A stretch of 64,000 nt of DNA, from contig CAMTWI010000003.1 of NCBI GenBank assembly GCA_947085505.1, forward strand, positions 7,319-71,318, read 5' to 3'. The notes under the pieces were generated by a model. That model saw nothing but the letters and a program-made list of their open reading frames with translations, did not search any database and was not told the origin of the DNA. Shown piece by piece: positions 18,429-27,391 of this stretch. The stretch's first letter is position 1. The number at the start of each line of letters is the position of its first letter. Origin of the DNA: an uncultured bacterium (GTDB taxonomy: Bacteria; Patescibacteriota; Minisyncoccia; Phycocordibacterales; Phycocordibacteraceae). A program made the position numbers and the translations under genes.

Positions 18429-19640
18429 CTAAATCTTATCCGAAAGCGAGTAGATAGGCGTAATCATCGCCATCGCGAACACACCCACTGCGCTTCCGAT
18501 GAAAAGCATAAGTACTGGCTCGATAATAGTGGAGAGGTCCTTGGTACGTTCTTCAACATCGTTCTCATAGTACTGCGCAACTTGCCCGAGCATGTCTGCC
18601 ACCTTTCCTGTCTCTTCGCCAACCGCAATCATGTCGCCGACGAATACTGGATAGAGTTTTGCGTGGTCCGTGAACGAGACTGAAAGTGTTTCACCTTTAC
18701 GAACACGCTCTTCTGCTTCCTTAATCACTTTTCCAAACGGGTTATCGCCAACCACCTCCGCAGCAATACTGAGTGTCGAGAGCATCTCAACGCCTGACGA
18801 CAAAAGCGAGGACATTGCCCGAGCGGCCCTAGCACTCATAGTCTCGCGAACGAGCTCGCCGATAACCGGAACACGGAGCGCAAGGAACAGCGTTATGCGG
18901 CCTCCAATCTTAGATTTTAAGAAGAATATAAAACCTGTAATGAAAACAACGAGCATGACGAACACGAGAATCGCATTCGACGCCATAAAGTCTGATGCGC
19001 CGATAATTATTTTCGTTGCGGTTGGCAGCTCAACGTTAAGCTCCTTAAACGTGTTAGAAAGCGTCGGTACGACGAAAATCATCATGAGGATACCGATAAT
19101 GATGATCGCGACGAGGATAATCGCAGGATAGATCATCGCGCCCTTCACCTTCTTTTGAAGGTTATTCGCCTTCTCCATCTGTCGTGCAACAACCGCAAGT
19201 GCATCAGCTAAGGTTCCTGACTCCTCACCTGCCTTACTCATCGCAATAAAGAGATCGGAGAATACCTTCCGATGCCTGGCGAGGGCCTCATGAAAAGACG
19301 AACCTTTCTTTACCTCCTCCTCGAGATCCATCACGATCTTCTTGAGTGCCTTGTTCTTTGTCTGTCGCTCAATAACGGAGAGTGCGCGGGTAAGTGTGAG
19401 ACCTGCAGCAATCATAGCCGCGAGATTCTTGGTGAATGTAATCTTCTCGTCAGTCTTCACACCGGTCCCAATCGTCATCTGCATCCACGCCGGCATAAGC
19501 GTACCGCTTCCCTCTTGTACAGACACAACGACACCCCCTTCTTTTTCTACTTGCTCATACACCGCGAATCTTGATGCGGCTTCGAGCACACGCTTCGTCT
19601 CTTCTCCTTCAGGACTCTTTGAGGTTACGCGAAATTTCAT
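18429..19640 (-). CDS. pilC: type IV pilus assembly platform protein PilC/GspF
   Basis: Two GspF repeats and three TM segments are present, with conserved motifs AMIYPAIILV and EPVLMLFIGSAVGV. Confidence 0.85.
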   Translation of the reverse strand: MKFRVTSKSPEGEETKRVLEAASRFAVYEQVEKEGGVVVSVQEGSGTLMPAWMQMTIGTGVKTDEKITFTKNLAAMIAAGLTLTRALSVIERQTKNKALKKIVMDLEEEVKKGSSFHEALARHRKVFSDLFIAMSKAGEESGTLADALAVVARQMEKANNLQKKVKGAMIYPAIILVAIIIIGILMMIFVVPTLSNTFKELNVELPTATKIIIGASDFMASNAILVFVMLVVFITGFIFFLKSKIGGRITLFLALRVPVIGELVRETMSARAARAMSSLLSSGVEMLSTLSIAAEVVGDNPFGKVIKEAEERVRKGETLSVSFTDHAKLYPVFVGDMIAVGEETGKVADMLGQVAQYYENDVEERTKDLSTIIEPVLMLFIGSAVGVFAMAMITPIYSLSDKI

Positions 19641-19740
19641 AAAAGAATCGTAGCATGCAAAATGAAACGGGCCGGACTCTCTAAAGGAGAATCCAGCCCG
19701 TGAACTATCGGTTCATGAACGCGAGCCGAGACGTGATGAC

Positions 19741-20088
19741 CTAGTGGCCGCGTCCCTTGGACGCGTGGACATCCGCCAGCGGGTCGGAATGCCGATGGCC
19801 AACGAACGTAATGGCGAGCATGCCGGCCAGGATTCCGAAACCGATGGCGAACGAAAATGCACTGCCAGACCAGCCGGTCGCCATAATACCGACAGCGACG
19901 GCGCCGATACCGATGACCCAGGCGAACCAGTCCGGCTTCCTGGCGATCAGGGCGGTAAAGAAGGCCAGAACTCCAGCCAACAGGTAGAAATGCAGGCTGC
20001 TGGGCATCAGGTTCAGGACCACGGCCCCACCGAAGACTGCGGCCAACGCAAGGCCAATGGCGACAAGAAATTTGGACATGCTATTCAC
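19741..20088 (-). CDS. small polytopic membrane protein of atypical (GC-rich) composition
   Basis: 115 aa with about 4 hydrophobic helices. Local GC is roughly 60% or more by hand count, against a background of about 50-55%. GCC/GCG-biased codons. It is inserted between pilC and pilB. Confidence 0.45.
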   Translation of the reverse strand: MNSMSKFLVAIGLALAAVFGGAVVLNLMPSSLHFYLLAGVLAFFTALIARKPDWFAWVIGIGAVAVGIMATGWSGSAFSFAIGFGILAGMLAITFVGHRHSDPLADVHASKGRGH

Positions 20089-20170
20089 TCCCAGGACGCG
20101 CGTACCTAGTTAATCCAGATACTCTTTCGCGTCTCCTCCCTGGTTATACGCCCGCTGTACTAAAATGCAA

Positions 20171-21925
20171 CTATTCTGAAACCGCTCTCAACACCTCCTC
20201 AACCGAGGTAATTCCACGCGTGGACTTGTAGAGGCCGTCTTCGAGCATTGTTAGCATGCCTTCTTTGCGCGCCTGAGCCTCAATAGCGTCTGGTGCTGCG
20301 TTGTGGAGAATGAGCTCACGAAGTGCAGATGAAAGCATCAAGACCTCATGAATACCGATACGACCTGAGTATCCATCCTCGCACTGTGGAGACGGGACCG
20401 GCCTATAGAATGGAACAGCATCCATTGTTGTTCCCTCCTTCACGAGCTTCTCTTCAATAAGCGCCTTGAGTACATTGTCGAACTTGTCCGCACTCGCGAC
20501 CTTCTCACGTTCGACCGCATCAAGCGCATACTGTTCTTTTCCGTCGCAGAGTCTACGCACAAGACGCTGACCCATAACCATGCGCAGCGTTGAAACCAAG
20601 AGGAATGGTTCCACGCCCATATCCATGAGACGCGGGATGGCACCGGCCGCAGAGTTCGTGTGAATGGTTGAGAGTACGAGGTGTCCGGTGAGTGCGGCGT
20701 TAATCGCTAGGGACGCCGTCTCAGCGTCACGAATCTCTCCCACCATGATGATGTTCGGGTCCTGACGAAGGAGTGCACGGAGTCCATTGGCGAACGTAAA
20801 GCCTATGGCTGGGTTCACCTGTGTCTGATTCACACGCTTCATCTGGTACTCGATCGGATCCTCAACAGTTGAGATATTAACGTCCGGCGTATTCAAAATA
20901 TCGAGGATGGTATAGAGCGTTGTGGTCTTTCCAGAGCCAGTTGGTCCGGAAATCAAAATGATGCCCGTTGTCTGTTTCATAGACTGGTGCACCCGCTCAA
21001 GCCCTGAGCCATGGAACCCGAGCACATCAAGCGTAAATCCTTCGCCGGTCTCCCTAAGGAGACGCATAACAATCTTTTCGCCAAAGTACGTCGGCAGAAG
21101 AGACACACGGAACGACACCTTGTCTGCTTCAGTCTCCATCTTGAAGCGGCCGTCCTGCGGCAAGCGCTTCTCGTCGAGCTTCAGGTTTGCAAGCACTTTA
21201 ATGCGGGCGGTAATGCCGGACGCTGCGGTGCGTGGAAGCGTCATCGCGTCATGCAACACGCCGTCAATGCGGTAGCGGACGAGCACTTCCTGTTCCATTG
21301 GCTCAATATGGATATCTGATGCCTTCTGGATAATTGCGTGGCGTAAGAGCGTATCAACGATGCGTACAATTGGTAGGTCCTCGGCCATCTTCTTCAGATC
21401 CTCGCCAGACGCATCATCTCCTAGCTGCCCGTCCTTTATAAGGTTGATGCGGCCGGCTTCGGTTGTGATGAGGTCGCCGAACTCTTCCTTAAGAGACTTC
21501 TGGTACTGCAGGAGCACGTTCTTGAGTGACTCGTCGTCGGTGAGGCGTGGAAGAATCTTGAGACCTGTTGTCTTACGCACCGAGTCGATAGCCGGAAGGT
21601 CCTCAGTATCAAGCATCGCTACTTCGAGCGAGCTCCCATCCTTCTTGAACGCAACGATGGAGTGCGTGCGTGCGATTGGTTCTGGGATTAACGAGAGGAC
21701 GTTCAAGTCGATCTTCTTGTCCTTCAGATTAACGAAGGGAATTCCAAGGACGTATGCTTTTATGCGGCGAAGACTGTCGGTTGAGAGAAGTCCCTGTGCA
21801 ATCAAGATGTCGCCGATAGACTGCTTCTTTCGCTTCGCTTCCTCATCTGCAGCCTCAACATCCTTCCGGGACACGAGTCCGGAGTCGAGAATGAATTCCT
21901 TAAGTTCGCTTTCAGAGACCTGCAT
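20171..21925 (-). CDS. pilB: type IV pilus assembly ATPase PilB/GspE
   Basis: Walker A GPTGSGKTTT, Asp box, His box, Walker B GEIRD, and N-terminal GSPII domain. Length 584 aa. Confidence 0.9.
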   Translation of the reverse strand: MQVSESELKEFILDSGLVSRKDVEAADEEAKRKKQSIGDILIAQGLLSTDSLRRIKAYVLGIPFVNLKDKKIDLNVLSLIPEPIARTHSIVAFKKDGSSLEVAMLDTEDLPAIDSVRKTTGLKILPRLTDDESLKNVLLQYQKSLKEEFGDLITTEAGRINLIKDGQLGDDASGEDLKKMAEDLPIVRIVDTLLRHAIIQKASDIHIEPMEQEVLVRYRIDGVLHDAMTLPRTAASGITARIKVLANLKLDEKRLPQDGRFKMETEADKVSFRVSLLPTYFGEKIVMRLLRETGEGFTLDVLGFHGSGLERVHQSMKQTTGIILISGPTGSGKTTTLYTILDILNTPDVNISTVEDPIEYQMKRVNQTQVNPAIGFTFANGLRALLRQDPNIIMVGEIRDAETASLAINAALTGHLVLSTIHTNSAAGAIPRLMDMGVEPFLLVSTLRMVMGQRLVRRLCDGKEQYALDAVEREKVASADKFDNVLKALIEEKLVKEGTTMDAVPFYRPVPSPQCEDGYSGRIGIHEVLMLSSALRELILHNAAPDAIEAQARKEGMLTMLEDGLYKSTRGITSVEEVLRAVSE

Positions 21926-21996
21926 GCCGTTTGTATATAAAGTATAGCGCGCTCTCGTGTGTTTCTCGCGTACCTATATATGGAGAGAGCGTGGAA

Positions 21997-22035
21997 AAGA
22001 AAAAAGCCGCGCAACGGGTGTCGCGCGGCTTTTTG
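21997..22035. terminator. hairpin terminator between tetR-like gene and pilB
   Basis: AAAAAAGCCGCGC...GCGCGGCTTTTTG. Confidence 0.6.
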
Positions 22036-22047
22036 AAACTGTTCTGC

Positions 22048-22689
22048 TCAGGCCGCGATGGCCGTTGCGGACGCCAAGAGCAGATGGCTGAGCAGCTCCT
22101 TCAGCGAGTGTCGATACGATTCAGTCTTTCGGTTCATAATCGCGTGGTACCGACAGCGATCGAAGTGAATGCTCATGATGCATTCTCCAATTACCTTGGC
22201 TTCAAGCGCGTTCCCGCAGCGGGACTCCTTGAACATCGTCTCGATGGCTCTCCAGAGACGCTCTCGCCGATGGCCCGTGAGCTCGCGGGCTCTGCGATTC
22301 TTCATGTTTGACGCATCTGTCTCGAGGACGGCGAGCGCCTCGAGCAGGTGTAGCCGCTCGTTGAAGAATATGAAGTCGGCCGTACAGATTCTGACGATGC
22401 GATCCAGGACTGCACCTTCTTCTTCCGCATCCTGTTTGAGAAGCAGGCCATGTTCCTCGAACTCCTCTTGCACGATAACAAGCAAGAGATCTTTCTTGTC
22501 CTCGAAATTCGCAAACACGGCGCCGGTCGACATACCAGCCTTCTTCGCGATATCACGAATGGTGGCTTTCTCGTAGCCACCCTTCATGAAGAGCGTCCGG
22601 CCGGCGTCGAGCACCTTTTGGCGAGTCTGCAGCTTGGACTGCTGGCGCCTGTTGAGAGGCTTCGAGCCGGACTGATTTTGGTCACGCAT
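22048..22689 (-). CDS. TetR/AcrR family transcriptional regulator
   Basis: N-terminal HTH TIRDIAKKAGMSTGAVFANFEDKKDLL. The fold is all-alpha. Length 213 aa. Confidence 0.75.
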   Translation of the reverse strand: MRDQNQSGSKPLNRRQQSKLQTRQKVLDAGRTLFMKGGYEKATIRDIAKKAGMSTGAVFANFEDKKDLLLVIVQEEFEEHGLLLKQDAEEEGAVLDRIVRICTADFIFFNERLHLLEALAVLETDASNMKNRRARELTGHRRERLWRAIETMFKESRCGNALEAKVIGECIMSIHFDRCRYHAIMNRKTESYRHSLKELLSHLLLASATAIAA

Positions 22690-22760
22690 TACTTACTCTC
22701 CCTGCTAAGGCGCCTTAGCGCCGTTCATTCCGGTGTTAATAAACCACGAATACACTACCG

Positions 22761-22783
22761 AGTCAACGAATCCAGCGTTGACT
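22761..22783. promoter_or_regulatory. candidate TetR-type palindromic operator AGTCAACG-N7-CGTTGACT in the tetR/nusA divergent region
   Basis: 8-bp perfect inverted-repeat arms. TTGACT -35-like hexamers are present on both strands. Confidence 0.4.
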
Positions 22784-22908
22784 GTATACCTATATATGGT
22801 ATCTTCTCCCTATCTGGAATGTCCGCACTGCGGGCATTTATTTTTAGGAATCCAGAGATACGTGCGAAAATAGAATAATAGAAGTGCGAACAACTAAATA
22901 CAGGACCT

Positions 22909-24303
22909 ATGTTGGATCTCAAGACAATCAATTCAGTGCTCGGAGAGTTCGAGGAGCGCGGTATCACTAAGGAAACCATGGTGGACGCTATCGAACAGGC
23001 CATGGCAACTGCCTATAAAAAGGAATACGGGAAGCGCGGCCAGGTGGTACGCGGCATGCTTGATATGGATTCAGGCACCGTTACCTTCGAGCAGGTAAAG
23101 ACTATCGTGGACGACACGATGGTGCGTTTCCCTGAGGAAGGTGAGGAGGAACACGATCTTCCTGCACATCACCCGCACTTCGACCGCGAGGAGGAGGTTG
23201 CTGAAGGCGAACTCCCCCGCTACGATGCGGAGAAGCACATCCTTCTTGAGGATGCGAAGCGTATTAAGCGCACCGCGGAACTCGGCGAGGAGATCATCTT
23301 CCCGCTCGAACCACAGGACGACTTCGGTCGCATCGCAGCACAGACTGCGAAGCAAGTTGTTATTCAGAAGATCCGCGAGGCCGAGAAGCTTTCTATCCTC
23401 GACGAGTTCGGCCACAAGAAGGGCGAGATTGTCACGGGTGTTGTACAGCGCGCAGAACGCGGTGCAATCTTCGTCGACCTTGGACGCGCAACCGGTATCA
23501 TCCCGTACGAGGAGCAGATCCCAGGAGAGCGCTACCGCCCAGGAGAGCGCATTAGCGCCTACCTCTACGCTGTAGACGAGGGATTCCGTGGCGTATATCT
23601 CCGCCTCTCTCGCAGCCACCCGCGCTTCCTCACCCGTCTCTTTGAGATGGAGGTGCCAGAGCTCGCAGCAGGCGCTATTGAGATTAAGGGTCTCGCTCGC
23701 GAGCCAGGTAGCCGCACGAAGATTGCGATTGCATCGAACGATCCGCACGTTGACCCTGTTGGTTCACTCGTTGGCCAGCGTGGCGTACGCGTCTCAACCG
23801 TTATGGCAGCCCTTGGCGGCGAGCGCATCGATATCATTGAGTGGTCTGAGGACCAGGCAGCCTACATCAAGGAGTCCCTCTCCCCTGCAACCATCCTTGA
23901 GGTTGAACTCGATGAGGAAGGACATCGTGCAAGCGTCACGGTTACCGAGGACCAGCAGTCTTTGGCTATTGGCCGCGGCGGCCAAAACGTTCGTCTTGCT
24001 GCAAAGCTCACCGGCTGGAACATCGACATCATGGCAGTTGGCGGCGCAAGCGTTGCTGAAGGCGAAGCAGCAGTTGAAGCTTCTGAAGGTGCATCCGACG
24101 AATCGGTTGCCGCACTCGAGAACCAAGAGGATATGAACCCTGCAGTTGCCGCAGGTATCGACCCGACCGTAACTGAGTCCGTTATCACGGAAGAGGTTCC
24201 AGCAGACAACACACTCACCGTTGGCGAAGAGACCGCACTCTCAGACGACGGCACTCCAGCAAATCCTGACGATCGCGACAGCCAGGACAAGGACCAGGCC
24301 TAA
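22909..24303 (+). CDS. nusA: transcription termination/antitermination factor NusA
   Basis: N-terminal domain, S1, and two KH domains (GRGGQNVRLAAKLTGW). There is an acidic C-terminal tail. Confidence 0.9.
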   Translation: MLDLKTINSVLGEFEERGITKETMVDAIEQAMATAYKKEYGKRGQVVRGMLDMDSGTVTFEQVKTIVDDTMVRFPEEGEEEHDLPAHHPHFDREEEVAEGELPRYDAEKHILLEDAKRIKRTAELGEEIIFPLEPQDDFGRIAAQTAKQVVIQKIREAEKLSILDEFGHKKGEIVTGVVQRAERGAIFVDLGRATGIIPYEEQIPGERYRPGERISAYLYAVDEGFRGVYLRLSRSHPRFLTRLFEMEVPELAAGAIEIKGLAREPGSRTKIAIASNDPHVDPVGSLVGQRGVRVSTVMAALGGERIDIIEWSEDQAAYIKESLSPATILEVELDEEGHRASVTVTEDQQSLAIGRGGQNVRLAAKLTGWNIDIMAVGGASVAEGEAAVEASEGASDESVAALENQEDMNPAVAAGIDPTVTESVITEEVPADNTLTVGEETALSDDGTPANPDDRDSQDKDQA

Positions 24304-24315
24304 TCTTCTATCTCT

Positions 24316-24834
24316 ATGAACCTTCTTCACGACATCAACCCGGGCTCCCGTGACGAGATGAGTGTGATTATCGAGATTCCTCGTGGATCACAAAACAAGT
24401 ACGAGATCGACAAGAAGACCGGCATGATTGCACTTGATCGTGTGCTTCACACCGCACAGGCGTACCCATTCGACTACGGCTTCGTACCGCAGACCCTCTG
24501 GGACGATGGCGACGCACTCGATGTGGTGCTGCTTACGACCTATCCACTTCTTCCCGGCATTCTCGTACGCGCGCGTCCGGTCGCTATCCTTCCGATGGTT
24601 GATGGCGGCGAGGCTGACGAGAAAGTCATCGCGGTACCTGCAGACGATCCTCGTTTCGCAGATATTCAGGACCTAAGTGATCTCAACAAGCACACGCTTA
24701 AGGAGATTGCCCACTTCTTTGAAACCTACAAGAAACTCCAGAACAAAGAAGTCTCACTTGGGGCGTTCAAGGACAAGGCTGCCGCACAGGATGCATTCGA
24801 TCGTGCGGTAGCGATGTACCTGGAAAAGAAATAG
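24316..24834 (+). CDS. ppa: inorganic pyrophosphatase (family I)
   Basis: DGDALDVVLL and the ...EIPRGS..KYE... signature motifs are present. Length 172 aa. Confidence 0.9.
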   Translation: MNLLHDINPGSRDEMSVIIEIPRGSQNKYEIDKKTGMIALDRVLHTAQAYPFDYGFVPQTLWDDGDALDVVLLTTYPLLPGILVRARPVAILPMVDGGEADEKVIAVPADDPRFADIQDLSDLNKHTLKEIAHFFETYKKLQNKEVSLGAFKDKAAAQDAFDRAVAMYLEKK

Positions 24835-24955
24835 ACACAGTACGTGCCTAAGAAAACCCGGATCTCTACTGAGATTCGGGTTTTCTCGTATCCCCACCAC
24901 ATAGGCCCCCGGCCCAAATGTCCTCTATACTTAGGAAATAGCTAATCAATCATTT

Positions 24956-25249
24956 ATGGAACAAGTACCAGATCAGAACATGAACCAGGATAACGTTACC
25001 CCTCCACCAGCGGCAGCGCCCATGGCAGACGAGCCGTCAAAGCCTGCTGCATACGGCTCAATCCTCGGCATTGTTCTCATTATGGCGATTCTCGTCGTTG
25101 GTGCGTTCTACGTATGGAACGAGCGTCTTGAGACAAACGAGATGCCAGAGAATGGCGTTCGCGGAGAAGTCCTTCCAGACGGCTCTATGCCAACCGTTGA
25201 GGGTGCCGCAGACGTTGAGGAAGGAGAGAACGGTCCGGTTCCTCAGTAG
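24956..25249 (+). CDS. small bitopic membrane protein (MEQ.P.. N-tail, single TM, acidic C-tail)
   Basis: One 22-aa hydrophobic helix. A terminator hairpin follows at about 25268-25298. Confidence 0.4.
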   Translation: MEQVPDQNMNQDNVTPPPAAAPMADEPSKPAAYGSILGIVLIMAILVVGAFYVWNERLETNEMPENGVRGEVLPDGSMPTVEGAADVEEGENGPVPQ

Positions 25250-25391
25250 TTGAATAAGCAAAGGTAACGAAAAGTCCCACACGTGGTGGGGCTTTTCGTT
25301 ATGCAGTAGAACATCTGCTCCTGTATGTGTTAACGGTATACTAGACCCAGCATCACGATGCCCGTGACTGCATTAAGCATTTAAACTACCT

Positions 25392-26207
25392 ATGAGAATA
25401 TCTATTGTAGCTCTGCTCTTCCTTGGCCTTATTGTTACGGCCGGAAGCGCACACGCGCAGGATGCAGTTCGAGAAATAAACACTGAACCATCCGTAGACA
25501 CAGCGACGAGGGTGCAGCAAGAAAATCCAGTCCCCAGAGAACGATTCAGGGGTGCACAGGATCAGTTTCTCCAGCATCAAAATCAAGTAAAGGATCGCGT
25601 GTCGGAGTTTAAAGGCACTGTCCCAACACGGGTAGAGGATATGAGAGCCGGGCTTATGGAGCGCCGCGAGGCTATGAAGGATATGGCTTCCGAACGTCGT
25701 GCGCTACAGAGCATGGGGCCTGAGGAGCGAAAGGAAGCGGTACAGACACACATCGAGGACCGCAAAGCACTCCTTATGGAGAAGCGGGCAGCATTTGCCT
25801 CAAGTACCGAAGAGCGCCGCGAGAAATTCTCTGCGAAGCATGGAGAGCGAGCAATTGCCAGCTTCAATCACGCAGTAAAGCTCTTGAACGCCATGACCCT
25901 ACGGCTTTCAGGCATCGCAGACAGAATTGACGCACGTATAGATGTACTTGCCGCGAGCGGTGTCGATGTCGCCGGCGCAGAAGAGGCGCTTGTGTCAGCA
26001 CGCACAGAGATTGACGAGGCGGAGGCTGCTATTACTACGCTTTCTGAAGCAATAGCTGACGCGCTTGCGAGCGAGGCGCCACGTGAGTCTTTCCAGGCAA
26101 CACGTGCTCTTGCCCAGAGTGCAAAAGCTGCAATTCGTTCTGCACATGAAGCATTGAGGGGCGCTGCCCAAGCACTACCAAGACCGAGTGCAGAAGCAGG
26201 AATCTAA
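25392..26207 (+). CDS. secreted alpha-helical/coiled-coil protein (signal peptide ...SAHA|Q)
   Basis: Signal peptide MRISIVALLFLGLIVTAGSAHAQ. The remainder is charged, helical and repeat-like. Confidence 0.45.
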   Translation: MRISIVALLFLGLIVTAGSAHAQDAVREINTEPSVDTATRVQQENPVPRERFRGAQDQFLQHQNQVKDRVSEFKGTVPTRVEDMRAGLMERREAMKDMASERRALQSMGPEERKEAVQTHIEDRKALLMEKRAAFASSTEERREKFSAKHGERAIASFNHAVKLLNAMTLRLSGIADRIDARIDVLAASGVDVAGAEEALVSARTEIDEAEAAITTLSEAIADALASEAPRESFQATRALAQSAKAAIRSAHEALRGAAQALPRPSAEAGI

Positions 26208-26219
26208 CCGAACACACGT

Positions 26220-26516
26220 ATGGAACAATCACCAGAATCCCCTGTTGTTAAGGTATTAGAGCCACAGAAGACCTCGTGGGTCGCGCTTGGCGGTCTTATT
26301 GTTGTGCTTCTTGTAGTTGCTGGAGGTGCGTACTACCTCTCTAGCACCATGCCTTCAACCGAAAGTATTGAAGCTCAGGTAGAGGCACTTGAGACACAGA
26401 GCGACTCAACAGAACCCGAGGCAATCGAAGCAGACCTCGCAGCACAAAGCCCAGAAAAATTTGAAGAGGACTTTGATGCCGCGTTTGCGGAGCTCGATGC
26501 CTCGCTTGCAGAGTAA
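26220..26516 (+). CDS. small bitopic membrane protein, paralog of 24956-25249
   Basis: Same architecture as 24956-25249. It starts MEQSPESP, has a single TM followed by YY, and an acidic tail. A terminator follows. Confidence 0.4.
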   Translation: MEQSPESPVVKVLEPQKTSWVALGGLIVVLLVVAGGAYYLSSTMPSTESIEAQVEALETQSDSTEPEAIEADLAAQSPEKFEEDFDAAFAELDASLAE

Positions 26517-26595
26517 GGATCAAAAACAGTAGAAAGCGCCCCGCAATATGGGGCGCTTTCTCTTATGTCCTGAGCTTTGGTACTATGACTCTACT

Positions 26596-27204
26596 ATGGA
26601 ACACCGAACTACAAATCCCCGTGCAATGCTTGTGCCAATGGTCGTGGAGAAGACGCAATTCGGTGAGCGTGGCTATGATATCTATTCCCGTCTCCTTAAG
26701 GACCGCATCGTGTTTTTGGGTGGCGGCATTGACGACGACATGGCGAACCTTATCATCGCCCAGCTACTCTTCCTCGAGTCTGAGGACCCGAAGAAGGATA
26801 TCTCGCTCTACGTGAACTCTCCGGGTGGCTCGGTTACTGCAGGTCTCGCTATCCTCGACACCATGAACCACGTGAAGCCAGACGTCTCCACCGTCTGCGT
26901 GGGTATGGCCGCTTCGGCTGCTGCCGTTATTCTCGCTGCGGGCGCCAAGGGCAAGCGCTATGCCCTCCCGAACGCTGAGGTTATGATCCACCAGCCATGG
27001 GGCGGCGCACAAGGACAGGCAACAGATATTGAAATTACCGCGAAGCACATCCTCCTTACGCGCGATCGATTGAACAAGATCCTTGCAAAATCAACCGGGC
27101 AGCCGCTCACGAAGATTGAGAAGGACGTTGATCGCGATTACTTCATGATGGCAGAGGAAGCGAAAAAGTACGGGCTCGTAGACCACGTCTACAAGAGCAA
27201 GTAG
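26596..27204 (+). CDS. clpP: ATP-dependent Clp protease proteolytic subunit
   Basis: [11 protein letters not shown] with the catalytic Ser, plus the His in MIHQP. Start trimmed to [14 protein letters not shown]. Confidence 0.9.
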   Translation: MEHRTTNPRAMLVPMVVEKTQFGERGYDIYSRLLKDRIVFLGGGIDDDMANLIIAQLLFLESEDPKKDISLYVNSPGGSVTAGLAILDTMNHVKPDVSTVCVGMAASAAAVILAAGAKGKRYALPNAEVMIHQPWGGAQGQATDIEITAKHILLTRDRLNKILAKSTGQPLTKIEKDVDRDYFMMAEEAKKYGLVDHVYKSK

Positions 27205-27391
27205 TCTTCGGAATCTTTGCGGGACGGCCGCCCTCGAGGGCGGCCGTTTCATTTGCGAAACTCGTAAAAAGTGTTATTTTATAAGGGTTCTAGGGAATTC
27301 TTATACGCAGAAACGGCTGAAATGCTGCATTCCCGAACCTAATTTGCTTGCAAACCTCTTCGTGTACGCACGAAGAGTCCCATCAACCGGT

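Noticed and set aside
19744-20109. Plus-strand 121-aa ORF antisense to the GC-rich membrane gene
   Set aside because: High GC produces open frames on both strands. The minus-strand frame gives coherent TM helices, while the plus-strand product is low-complexity and charged.
23071-24290. Several minus-strand ORFs (225, 142, 110 aa) inside nusA
   Set aside because: They are antisense to a clearly conserved nusA. Their products are Ser/Ala/Arg-rich with no motifs.
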